A DNA stretch of 64,000 nt from Actinomycetota bacterium (GTDB taxonomy: Bacteria > Actinomycetota > Acidimicrobiia > Acidimicrobiales > Aldehydirespiratoraceae). Location: contig JBCCYT010000004.1 in the NCBI GenBank assembly GCA_039188975.1, forward strand, positions 258 through 64,257, written 5' to 3'. Both the position numbers and the translations under genes were made by a program. Under the pieces are notes generated by a model that worked only from the letters and a program-made list of their open reading frames with translations, had not been told where the DNA came from and searched no databases. Positions 37,743 to 46,152 of this stretch are shown in pieces (within the stretch, counting starts at the first letter, position 1; each line of letters starts with the position of its first letter).

Positions 37743-38776
37743 CCGGCTCTGCGCCGCTGCGACTCGCCGCGTTGCGCAAGGCATTCGACGATGTCGTCGC
37801 CGTCGATGGCGTCGACCTCGACATGGCGCCAGGTGAGCTGCTTGCCCTGGTCGGGCCCAGCGGCTGCGGCAAGTCGACGCTGCTGCGTTCGATCGCCGGG
37901 CTCCACCCGATCGACGCCGGCATGATCCGACTCGGTGGCGATCTCGTCGACGACGGCGCCGAACGCCTTCCACCGGAACGACGCTCGGTCGGGCTGGTCT
38001 TTCAGGAGCACGCGTTGTTCCCCCACTTGACCGTCGCCGACAACATCGGCTTCGGGCTGCGCGATGTCGACGACGGTGCCCGCCGGATCCGAGTCGACGA
38101 GATGCTCGAACTGGTGAGCCTCCACGACTACGGGGATCGCTACCCCCATGAGCTGTCAGGCGGCGAACGTCAACGGGTGGCGTTGGCCCGAGCGCTGGCG
38201 CCCGCCCCATCGCTCATGCTCTTCGATGAGCCCTTTGCCAGCCTCGACCACAACCTCCGGGTGCAGTTGCGCAGTGATGTCGTTGCGGCGTTGAAGGCGA
38301 CAGGCACACCTGCCGTGTTCGTGACCCACGACCAGCAGGAGGCCCTCGCGATCGGTGATCGCATTGCGGTCATGCGATCTGGGCGTATCCGTCAACTCGG
38401 TACTCCCGCCGAGGTCTATCACCGGCCGGCGGATCGGTTCGTGGGGGCGTTCATGGGACCGGCGAGCTTTCTCCCCATCTCGTCGGGTGGACGGACACCG
38501 CTGGGGCTCATCGACATGGGCGGCAAGTCGCCTGCGGAAACGACGGCCATGGTGCGCCCTGATGATGTCGTGTTCATGCCGGCGGAAGACGGCGACGTTG
38601 AGATCACCCGAGCCGAGTATCGAGGAAGTGGCTGGCAGGTCCGGGCCGTGATTCCCGGAGGCGCGGAGATCGACTTCGCAACCGGGCATCTCGTCGCCCC
38701 GGCGATCGGCGGCCGTGGACGCATCTCGCTCACTCCGGGCCACCGGCAGGTCGTCGTGCCCGATCAGGCCGATTGA
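37739..38776 (+). CDS. ABC transporter ATP-binding protein (FbpC-like)
   Basis: ATGA overlap with the permease gene. Has GPSGCGKSTLL, LSGGERQRVALARAL and MLFDEPF, plus a C-terminal TOBE-like tail. Confidence 0.85.
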   Translation: MTGSAPLRLAALRKAFDDVVAVDGVDLDMAPGELLALVGPSGCGKSTLLRSIAGLHPIDAGMIRLGGDLVDDGAERLPPERRSVGLVFQEHALFPHLTVADNIGFGLRDVDDGARRIRVDEMLELVSLHDYGDRYPHELSGGERQRVALARALAPAPSLMLFDEPFASLDHNLRVQLRSDVVAALKATGTPAVFVTHDQQEALAIGDRIAVMRSGRIRQLGTPAEVYHRPADRFVGAFMGPASFLPISSGGRTPLGLIDMGGKSPAETTAMVRPDDVVFMPAEDGDVEITRAEYRGSGWQVRAVIPGGAEIDFATGHLVAPAIGGRGRISLTPGHRQVVVPDQAD

Positions 38777-39637
38777 TCAGCGGCTGAGCTGGTCGATCGT
38801 CTGCTTTGCGGCCAAGGCCACGATCTCCGGGCCCCGCTCGCGGCCGACGCGGGGCCAGCCCTTTGCGAGCTCGATGACCTCAGGCGTCGGTTCGATGACG
38901 ACGGTACGGGTGCCTGCTCGTTCGAGCGCAGCGATCTCCTGGCGAAGCTGGTGCCGGGCCCGCAGCTTGATCGGCCCGCGGCCGGGTCGAGTCATGACCG
39001 ACGAGATGACCACGATCGCGTGGCCGTCATCAGCCATGAGGTCGGCATGGGTCGCGGACGCAACCGCGCCGTCGACGTGAGCGACACCATCGATGCGTTT
39101 GGGCCGGAACATGCCGGGCACGGCAGACGTGGCTTCCAGGGCGTCGCGGATGTCGACGTCGGTACGGTCGCGTCCGAAGACAACGAGATCTCCGGTGTCC
39201 ATCCGCACGCTCGGAAGCCACAGCGTCTCGGGCCACTCGATGTCGGCATCGACGGGGAACCGGCGCAACGGAAACGTCGGGAACACCCCACCAGGCAGCA
39301 GGCCGACAGCAGCGGTGATCGGGGCAGTTGGAAGTCGCTTCACCGCGGTCATGGGGGCGAGCGGGCGCAGGAAGCGCCGCCAGCCCCGTCGATCCATCGC
39401 GGCTCGCATCTCGGCCTGATCGGCTTCGGTCATCGGTGCGGCGATCGAGCCAAGCACCGTTTCGGTGTCGGCGCCGCTCAGCAGCGACGCCGCGATGGCG
39501 CCGCCTGCCGAGGTGCCGACCACTCGCTGGGCATCGGCGGGTTCCACACCGAGGGCAGTGCGAATGCCGTCGAGAACGCCGAGGTGAAATGCCCAGCCGA
39601 GCGGCCCGCCGGCGCCGAGCGCAATACCGACTGTCAT
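38777..39637 (-). CDS. patatin-like phospholipase
   Basis: Oxyanion GAGGPLG and the GTSAG nucleophile motif. The start is trimmed to ATG 39637, just after the VOC gene stop. Confidence 0.75.
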   Translation of the reverse strand: MTVGIALGAGGPLGWAFHLGVLDGIRTALGVEPADAQRVVGTSAGGAIAASLLSGADTETVLGSIAAPMTEADQAEMRAAMDRRGWRRFLRPLAPMTAVKRLPTAPITAAVGLLPGGVFPTFPLRRFPVDADIEWPETLWLPSVRMDTGDLVVFGRDRTDVDIRDALEATSAVPGMFRPKRIDGVAHVDGAVASATHADLMADDGHAIVVISSVMTRPGRGPIKLRARHQLRQEIAALERAGTRTVVIEPTPEVIELAKGWPRVGRERGPEIVALAAKQTIDQLSR

Positions 39638-39638
39638 G

Positions 39639-40043
39639 TCAGACCGGGCCCATCGCATGGCTCGACGTGATCGTGATCGCTGTGCCGCTTGGATCGAGCA
39701 CGGTGAAGCTGGAGTGGATACCGCCTCGCTCGATCCGGCTGGGTTCGATGCCGGCCGCCGTTGCGTCGGCGTGTGCGGCGTCGATGTCGTCGACCATCAG
39801 ATCGAAGGGTGCGCGAGCGCCCCGATCGACCTTGTTGACCTTGCGGACAATGAGGTGGGTACCGCCTCGAAGTTCGAGGATCGCCATCTGACCCATGTTG
39901 GCAACGGTACGGGTCCCGATTTGCTCGAAGAACCGCACGGCGGCGTCGAGGTCGGTGACCGGGTGGGGACCGATGTGGCCGATGGCGACGCCCGGGCGAG
40001 GGTCGGTGGTGGTGGTGTCTGGTTGGGTGGCGGTGAAAGCCAT
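39639..40043 (-). CDS. VOC/glyoxalase-bleomycin resistance fold protein
   Basis: 134 aa with HIGPHPVTDLDAAVRFFEQIG...FDLMVDDIDAAH, typical of the glyoxalase fold. Confidence 0.6.
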   Translation of the reverse strand: MAFTATQPDTTTTDPRPGVAIGHIGPHPVTDLDAAVRFFEQIGTRTVANMGQMAILELRGGTHLIVRKVNKVDRGARAPFDLMVDDIDAAHADATAAGIEPSRIERGGIHSSFTVLDPSGTAITITSSHAMGPV

Positions 40044-40139
40044 GGGGTGTCCCTACTTTCTGGGGTTTTGGGTACACCAGAAAGAACCGCACGAACGGCC
40101 CCACTATTCCAATTTACGAGACAAATTGTCTCGTGCTCG

Positions 40140-40334
40140 TCAATCCTCGTACGGATTGGACTCCGACAGCGTCAGATACTCGTTCGGCTCACCCTCATCG
40201 TCGGTGTTGTCGAGGTCGCTGTTCCGGCCGATCAACCAGCCGATCGCGCCGGCCAGCCCACCCATGCTCATGAGCACGCCTACCGGCATGATGACGAGCA
40301 GCATCGCGATGAAGATGATGGTTCCGACGTCCAT
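40140..40334 (-). CDS. small membrane protein with an acidic tail
   Basis: 64 aa: two hydrophobic segments followed by DLDNTDDEGEPNEYLTLSESNPYED. Confidence 0.4.
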   Translation of the reverse strand: MDVGTIIFIAMLLVIMPVGVLMSMGGLAGAIGWLIGRNSDLDNTDDEGEPNEYLTLSESNPYED

Positions 40335-40383
40335 GGGCGCCAGTCTGCCAGAACCGCGCAGCAGAACGACGAGCCGGACGTGA

Positions 40384-40728
40384 TCAGACGGTGGCGATCG
40401 CCTCGATCTCGACGCTGGCTCCCAGCGGAAGCTCCTTCACCGCAACTGCGGATCGGGCCGGGCGATGATCGCCGAACTCCTCCATGTAGATCTCGTTCAT
40501 CACCGCGTAGTCGCCCATGTCGGCAAGGAACACGGTGGTCTTCACGACATCGGCAAGCGAGGCGTTGGCGCTCGACAGCACCGAGCGCAAGTTGATGAAC
40601 ACCTGGCGCAGTTCTGGTTCGAGACCACCCTCGACGATGGCACCGTCGGAGATCCCGACCTGACCGGCCGTGAAGAGAAGATCGCCACCGCGGACGATGG
40701 GCGTGTAGGGACCGACGGGCTTACTCAT
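40384..40728 (-). CDS. ridA: RidA/YjgF family reactive-intermediate deaminase
   Basis: Contains GPYTPIVRGGDLLFTAGQVG...VKTTVFLADMGDYAVMNEIY...PARSAVAVKELPLGASVEIEAIA. Confidence 0.85.
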   Translation of the reverse strand: MSKPVGPYTPIVRGGDLLFTAGQVGISDGAIVEGGLEPELRQVFINLRSVLSSANASLADVVKTTVFLADMGDYAVMNEIYMEEFGDHRPARSAVAVKELPLGASVEIEAIATV

Positions 40729-40761
40729 GGGCCGAGCGTAGGCGCTCGGCCACCCCTAACC

Positions 40762-40823
40762 CTCCAACACCCGCATGAACGCGGAGGGAACATCCGTCGG
40801 CTCCCCCACCGTCGCCAGCTGAG
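40762..40823. repeat. direct repeat copy A (62 bp); a detached duplicate of the vWA gene 3' end
   Basis: 60 of 62 nt are identical to 43001..43062. On the minus strand it still reads QLATVGEPTDVPSAFMRVLEG*. Confidence 0.85.
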
Positions 40824-40844
40824 TAGTTCGTCGGTACCCGCCGC

Positions 40845-40964
40845 TCACCCACCCGCCAGCACCAGGAAACCGACGGCAACGCCGACGCCGAGACAGCAGA
40901 CGGTCACGAGCGCCACGAGCGCGCCCGAGAAACCGCAGTCCCGTTGATGTTGCTCGGAGTCCAC
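40845..40964 (-). CDS. possible 39-aa membrane micro-protein downstream of the metzincin gene
   Basis: GTG 40964 lies 25 nt after the upstream stop: VDSEQHQRDCGFSGALVALVTVCCLGVGVAVGFLVLAGG*. The evidence is the hydrophobic core and position only. Confidence 0.3.
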   Translation of the reverse strand: MDSEQHQRDCGFSGALVALVTVCCLGVGVAVGFLVLAGG

Positions 40965-40989
40965 GACCCAGCCTTTCAATCCGTCCGGT

Positions 40990-42927
40990 CTAGAAGAGGG
41001 AGCAGAACCGAGATGTGCGGAGCAAAATTCGCTGATCTCGGCCAAGCGTTGGGTCGGTTGGCGTGCAGGACTCTCGCATCAGGTTGTCTTCCCCGCCGAC
41101 ATGCCAGAGACCGCAGGCATGACCGACCTCATGTGCAAGCGTGCATATCTCGGGTTCGGCTTCGACAAAGACATAGTCGGTGAGCGGGCCCAGTGATACC
41201 CCACTCTTGTCGGGATCGTTGTCCACGACAAAGACGGTGAGCGTCGGACTCACTCCGACGAGACGCCGTGCCGATCCCCGAAGACCGAGGTCGGCGTTGG
41301 AGTTCGACCAGAGGTCGTGAAGCAACTGACCCGAGCCGTCGAGCGGAACCTTGGTGTCGTGAGCGCGCGTGTCGGCATACACCTCATCGATCGATACCAC
41401 TCGCAAACCAACGTTGGCTTCGCGGTCGAGTGTGTCCTGCGCGAACCGCAGCCATGCATCGACGGCAAATCGTTCTGCTACCGGAACGTACTCCGCCAAT
41501 CCAGCGTCGTAGCTCGTCCGGATGGCCACCCGCACGCGGATCTTCTTCCGAAGTGCCCCCCACGTGACGAGCTCGACGATGCCGTGAAAGAGGCGCCTTG
41601 CGACTTCAACCCACGTGCGGGCGATGTAGCCGAGAGCGGTGCCCACGAGCGGAATCGCGAACACAAGCTGAACTCCAAACGCGAGCACGTCCAAGACGAA
41701 GACCACGGCGGCGACAACGGCCTTCACGACCTGCCATATCGCCGAGACCCCTCCCTTGACCGCTCCCCATGCCTTCGCCAGCCAGGAACTGTCCTCGGCG
41801 GGACGCTGGTGATGGAGTTCATGAAGGCGACCGGTGTCATCGAAGTACGCGATGTGCTGGGTCCGCCCCCAGGTCCAAGCCGCAAGCTGCACAAGACTGC
41901 TGCTCGCTCGCGGAGCACCGGCCTCGACGGTCAGATCCTTGTGCCGCCACCCGGCGTTGCGTTCATAGACGAGTTCGTGGATGTGGGCGTCGTCTCCGAG
42001 GTACACGATGTGTTGTTGATCCTCGAACGTATATGCCGCAAGTGGGCCCCCGGCTGGAGGCGGCGAACCCTGGGCGGCGGTCGACAGATCCTGGTGCTGC
42101 CAGCCATTGCCATCACGTCGGAACACCAGCTCGTGGATGTGATCGTCGTCTCCTCGATAGACGACGTGCTGAGCGTTTCCCCACGAGTAACCAACGAGGT
42201 GTTCGCGTCCCGAGGCGACGGGCGGAGCCTGCGGGAGACCGGAGAGGAGGTTCTCGTTGTACCTCCAGGGTCCTCCGTTCTCGAAGTAGAACTCGGCGAC
42301 GGCCGGCCAGCGACGGCCAACGACATGTTGCCCGCCGTCCCATTCGTATCCCGTGAGCGAATCACCGATGGTGTTTTCCGCGTTGGTGGCTCTCGCATGA
42401 AGATCGGTGAACTTCCACGCGCCCGATCCTCGCCACAACTCTGCGACGGCGTTGTAGCCCCGGGGGTCAGCCTTGCGTTGCGTGTACACGATGTGCTGGT
42501 CACCGCGATATCGGTACTCCGCGAGGGGCGAGCTTGCTGTGGCTTGGGGTCCGCCCGCGGCGTCGTTCAACCAGTTGAGATCCCACGGCTGGTCGGGATG
42601 TTTGACCAGTTCCGCCACACCCAGTGGTCCCGATGGAAGACGCCGAGCAAGGGCAAGGACGTGCTGGGCTCCGCCATGCATGTAGCCGCGTAACGCTGCA
42701 GCGGAGGTCCATTCGAGCGGACCAGAATTCGCCGCATCGGTGAGGTTGTTCTGCAACCAACCCCGCCCGTCTCGGCGAAAGTAGAACTCGTGGACATGGT
42801 CATCAGCACCGCGAAACACCAGGTGCTGCGAGTCTCCCTTCGCGTATCCGGCCATTGGGCCAGTCGCCACAGGCGCGGTGCCTTTCACCGAGGCGGACAG
42901 CGCGGTGTATCGCCATGAGCTCGACAT
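40990..42927 (-). CDS. multidomain protein: 7 propeller-like repeats, a 2-TM hairpin, and a C-terminal metzincin-type zinc metallopeptidase
   Basis: Seven repeats of about 45-50 aa fit the pattern G[YW]x5QH[VI]V[YF]...D.H[IV]HE[LF]...W...L. The hydrophobic hairpin is AIWQVVKAVVAAVVFVLDVLAFGVQLVFAIPLVGTALGYIA. The C-terminus has HEVGHACGLWH (HExxHxxGxxH) followed by NLM. The start is ATG 42927, with GGGAGG 5 nt upstream. Confidence 0.7.
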   Translation of the reverse strand: MSSSWRYTALSASVKGTAPVATGPMAGYAKGDSQHLVFRGADDHVHEFYFRRDGRGWLQNNLTDAANSGPLEWTSAAALRGYMHGGAQHVLALARRLPSGPLGVAELVKHPDQPWDLNWLNDAAGGPQATASSPLAEYRYRGDQHIVYTQRKADPRGYNAVAELWRGSGAWKFTDLHARATNAENTIGDSLTGYEWDGGQHVVGRRWPAVAEFYFENGGPWRYNENLLSGLPQAPPVASGREHLVGYSWGNAQHVVYRGDDDHIHELVFRRDGNGWQHQDLSTAAQGSPPPAGGPLAAYTFEDQQHIVYLGDDAHIHELVYERNAGWRHKDLTVEAGAPRASSSLVQLAAWTWGRTQHIAYFDDTGRLHELHHQRPAEDSSWLAKAWGAVKGGVSAIWQVVKAVVAAVVFVLDVLAFGVQLVFAIPLVGTALGYIARTWVEVARRLFHGIVELVTWGALRKKIRVRVAIRTSYDAGLAEYVPVAERFAVDAWLRFAQDTLDREANVGLRVVSIDEVYADTRAHDTKVPLDGSGQLLHDLWSNSNADLGLRGSARRLVGVSPTLTVFVVDNDPDKSGVSLGPLTDYVFVEAEPEICTLAHEVGHACGLWHVGGEDNLMRESCTPTDPTLGRDQRILLRTSRFCSLF

Positions 42928-42994
42928 CGACACCTCCCACGAAGATCATCTGACCGCGGCGCAACACGGGAGTCAAGCGACAGCTCCCCGGCGC

Positions 42995-44017
42995 TCAGCG
43001 TTCCAACACCCGCATGAACGCCGAGGGAACATCCGTCGGCTCCCCCACCGTCGCCAGCTGAGCGCCGACCGAGCGGGCGAAGTCTTCAGCGTCGTTGGCG
43101 TCGTCGGTCGGTGCGATCACACACAACTCATCGAGCCCTCTCGCCACCGGGACGGCGTCACCGCCAGTCGTCGCTCGGCAATCCGACATCAGGATCGTCA
43201 CCCGCCGCTTCGCTCGGCTGCGGTCGAGCTGGCGCGCAGCCGCAACGAGCGCGCCGGCCAGGTCGGTCGTGCCCTGCCCTCGCAGCCGGAGCAGATCATC
43301 GACAACCGCCAACGACGATCGTGAATCGTCCTGGCTCTTGATCGCGATCACCCGATCGGCGAACGCAAGCACCGACCAATCAACCGGGGCGCGATGCGCA
43401 CAGGCCGCCGCGGCAACCGCCGCCGTCGCCAGCCGTTTGCCACTCATCGAACCGCTACGGTCGATCACCAGCGCAAGCGCCGTCGCCGGTTGGGTCCAGT
43501 GCCGAACCCGCAGCTCGGCGGCATCCACCAGCTCGCCGGTTGCCCGGGCATGCACCAACCCATCGAGGCTGGTGTCGAGATCGAGGTCGCCATCGGCTCG
43601 ATCAGCCGGCGACGAAGCCATCGACCCGACACCACGAGCCTGGACCGGTCCGGCCTTCGCCACGTCGAGCACGAGGCGCCCCGCGAGGCGAGCAGCCATC
43701 GCTGCCAGCTGGCGATCGGTCGCACCCCGCATCTGCGCGAGGAGAGACATCGCATGATCGGGGTCTTCATCGACGAGATCGGCCAGCGCATCGTCGTCGA
43801 TCTCGCCGACGTCGGGACTGATCTCCTCGAACTTCGGATCGCGTGCGAGTTGCGGACGAGGCGTCGTACGGCGATTGTCGTCCTCGATGGCCTGACGGGC
43901 GTCGTCGCCCTCCAAGGTCAGGGGGACGCCGGAGTCGCCCCGTCCGGGGCTGTCGCTTTTCCCGAGGAATCGCCGGCGTCCGGCGAAGGGTTTTCGCGAG
44001 CGAGTACGGCGTCCCAC
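42995..44017 (-). CDS. von Willebrand factor A (vWA) domain protein
   Basis: MIDAS motif LVIDRSGSMSG. It lies immediately downstream of the MoxR-like ATPase. The true start is probably nearer 43915 (TTG), because the long model overlaps the MoxR gene by 100 nt. Confidence 0.75.
   Translation of the reverse strand: MGRRTRSRKPFAGRRRFLGKSDSPGRGDSGVPLTLEGDDARQAIEDDNRRTTPRPQLARDPKFEEISPDVGEIDDDALADLVDEDPDHAMSLLAQMRGATDRQLAAMAARLAGRLVLDVAKAGPVQARGVGSMASSPADRADGDLDLDTSLDGLVHARATGELVDAAELRVRHWTQPATALALVIDRSGSMSGKRLATAAVAAAACAHRAPVDWSVLAFADRVIAIKSQDDSRSSLAVVDDLLRLRGQGTTDLAGALVAAARQLDRSRAKRRVTILMSDCRATTGGDAVPVARGLDELCVIAPTDDANDAEDFARSVGAQLATVGEPTDVPSAFMRVLER
43001..43062. repeat. direct repeat copy B (62 bp); the functional 3' end of the vWA gene
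   Basis: Encodes QLATVGEPTDVPSAFMRVLER*. See copy A at 40762..40823. Confidence 0.85.
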
Positions 44018-44859
44018 AGGTCGGTGATGACCGACTCCGGCGTTGCGCTGCCGCCCTCGTGGAGCCGTATCCGGCCCGAAAGCGCCGTGAGCGCAGCGTC
44101 GAGACCGACGGCGGCGTCGGTTGGGTCGAGGCCTCGCATCGACGCCAGCGCATGGCCAACTTCAACAAGGTCGATGGCGCCGCGAACCGATGAACCAACC
44201 CGAACCTCCGGATGCGTGCGGGTCCCGCGGGTGACGGCGACCGCCCGACGCCGCAGGATCCGGTCGTCGTCGGAGGTGTTGCGGACCACGATGTCGGACT
44301 CGTCGTCGAGCGACTGATACCCCATTGCGATGCGACACATCCGGTCATAGACCGCTCCTGACACCCGAGCGGTGCCGATGTTGTCGAACGGATTCATCGC
44401 AGCAACGAGACGGAACCCGTCGGCGGCCGGGATCGTGCCAATCCGGGGCAAGGTGAGCTCACCTTCGGACATCACCGTGATGAGCAGATTGACGGTCTCT
44501 TCGGGCACCCGATTGAGTTCCTCGACGTACAGCAGCGAGCCGTTGCGCAGCGCTTCGACCAACGGACCGTCGACGAAGACGTCCGGTGTGTAGCCGTCCT
44601 CGAGCACCCGCGACGGGTCGAACTGACCGGCGAGGCGGGCCGGAGTGAGTTCGGCGTTGCCTTCGACGAACACGAACCCGGTCCCGGCGGCAGCGGCAAC
44701 CTCCCGCAAGATCGTCGATTTCCCGGTTCCCGGCGGCCCCTCGAGCAGAACATGGCGGTCGGCCGCCAGTGCAGCGACGAGCACCTCGAGCTCGCGGCGC
44801 CGACCCACGACGCGCTGACACAGCGCGTCGATGACACCCAGATCGGTCAAGCTCGTCAT
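43918..44859 (-). CDS. MoxR-like AAA+ ATPase
   Basis: Walker A LLEGPPGTGKST and Walker B LLYVEELNR, with the MoxR/AAA_5-like size (313 aa). Confidence 0.8.
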   Translation of the reverse strand: MTSLTDLGVIDALCQRVVGRRRELEVLVAALAADRHVLLEGPPGTGKSTILREVAAAAGTGFVFVEGNAELTPARLAGQFDPSRVLEDGYTPDVFVDGPLVEALRNGSLLYVEELNRVPEETVNLLITVMSEGELTLPRIGTIPAADGFRLVAAMNPFDNIGTARVSGAVYDRMCRIAMGYQSLDDESDIVVRNTSDDDRILRRRAVAVTRGTRTHPEVRVGSSVRGAIDLVEVGHALASMRGLDPTDAAVGLDAALTALSGRIRLHEGGSATPESVITDLWDAVLARENPSPDAGDSSGKATAPDGATPASP

Positions 44860-44892
44860 GGAGCCAGTCTGCCGTCGATCGGTCGAGGAAGG

Positions 44893-46005
44893 TCAGTCGA
44901 AGGTGATGACGCCACGGACGTTCTTGTTCGCCATCATGTCGGCGTAGCCCTCGTTGACCTCGTCGAGCGTGTACGTGTTGGTGATCATCTCATCGAGCTT
45001 GAGCTGACCAGCCTGATACATCGACAGCAGGTGCGGGATCTCTTTGCGAGGTGCGGTCGAACCGAACAGGCAGCCTTTGAGCTCCTGATTCATCATCGAG
45101 AACATAAACAGGTTGAGCTGCACGTCCATCTGCGCGGCCGGAGCGACCGCAGTCGCCACCACCGTGCCGCCCTTGCGGGTGAGGAACTGAGCGGGGGCGA
45201 TCAGGTCACCGGTCAGCACCGACGGCGTGAGGATCACCGAGTCGGCGTTGACGCCTTCGGTCAGCTCGCCGACCAGACCCATCGCTTCCTCCATCGACGG
45301 TGCCGTGTGGGTTGCACCGAACTGCATGGCGCTCTCCCGCTTGAACTCGCTCGGGTCGATGGCGACGACATTTTTGGCGCCAGCCACCTTGGCCCCCTGA
45401 ATCGCAGCGGTGCCGAGCCCGCCACAACCAACCACGACGACGGTGTCGCCCGCCGTCACCTCAGCCCGATTCACCGCCGAGCCATAGCCGGTCGTCACAC
45501 CGCACGACACCAGAGCCGCCGGGCCGGGCGGGACATCCTTTTGAATCTTGATGGCGGAGTCGACGCTCAACACCATGTGTTCGGAGAACGTGCCGAGCTT
45601 CAGCAGTGGCGAGAGCGGATTACCCGCTGAGTCGTGATGACGGTAGGTGCCATCGATCATTCCCGGCTCCATCAGCTTGGCACCCAGGTCGCAGAGGTTC
45701 TGCTGACCACGGGCACACCAGGTGCACTTTCCGCAGCTGGGGATGAAGGAGCAGGAGATCTGATCGCCGATCTCGAACTCGGTGACACCTTCACCCAACC
45801 CGATGACCGTGCCGGACCCCTCATGCCCGCCGATGATCGGCAGTGGGGCTGGCATCGTGCCGTCGTGTGCGTGCTCATCGGAATGACACATGCCGGCGGC
45901 ACCGGTCTTGACCAGGATCTCGCCCGCCTTGGGATCGTCGAGCTCGATCTCCTCGACGTTCCACTCGGCACCGACTTCACGCAGGACGGCAGCACGGGTC
46001 TTCAT
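44893..46005 (-). CDS. zinc-type alcohol dehydrogenase, NDMA-dependent (nicotinoprotein) subfamily-like
   Basis: Contains GMCHSDEH, FIPSCGKCTWCARGQQNLCDLGA, GCGGLG and LLSMYQAGQLKLDEMITNTYTLDEVNEGYADMMANKNVRGVITF. The subfamily assignment is from memory. The start is ATG 46005, with a GAGGAG Shine-Dalgarno. Confidence 0.75.
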   Translation of the reverse strand: MKTRAAVLREVGAEWNVEEIELDDPKAGEILVKTGAAGMCHSDEHAHDGTMPAPLPIIGGHEGSGTVIGLGEGVTEFEIGDQISCSFIPSCGKCTWCARGQQNLCDLGAKLMEPGMIDGTYRHHDSAGNPLSPLLKLGTFSEHMVLSVDSAIKIQKDVPPGPAALVSCGVTTGYGSAVNRAEVTAGDTVVVVGCGGLGTAAIQGAKVAGAKNVVAIDPSEFKRESAMQFGATHTAPSMEEAMGLVGELTEGVNADSVILTPSVLTGDLIAPAQFLTRKGGTVVATAVAPAAQMDVQLNLFMFSMMNQELKGCLFGSTAPRKEIPHLLSMYQAGQLKLDEMITNTYTLDEVNEGYADMMANKNVRGVITFD

Positions 46006-46152
46006 GACGATCTCCTCAGGGCTGGGTGTGCGCGGAACGTACCAGTGCGAGCCTTTTTCTGTCACGTACGAGAGTCGTTCTCAGTACCGACGGCGGGGTG
46101 ATTTCATGCGCCCGAGAGGTGGCCACGGACGCAATCAGCCGGGGGGCGAGCC

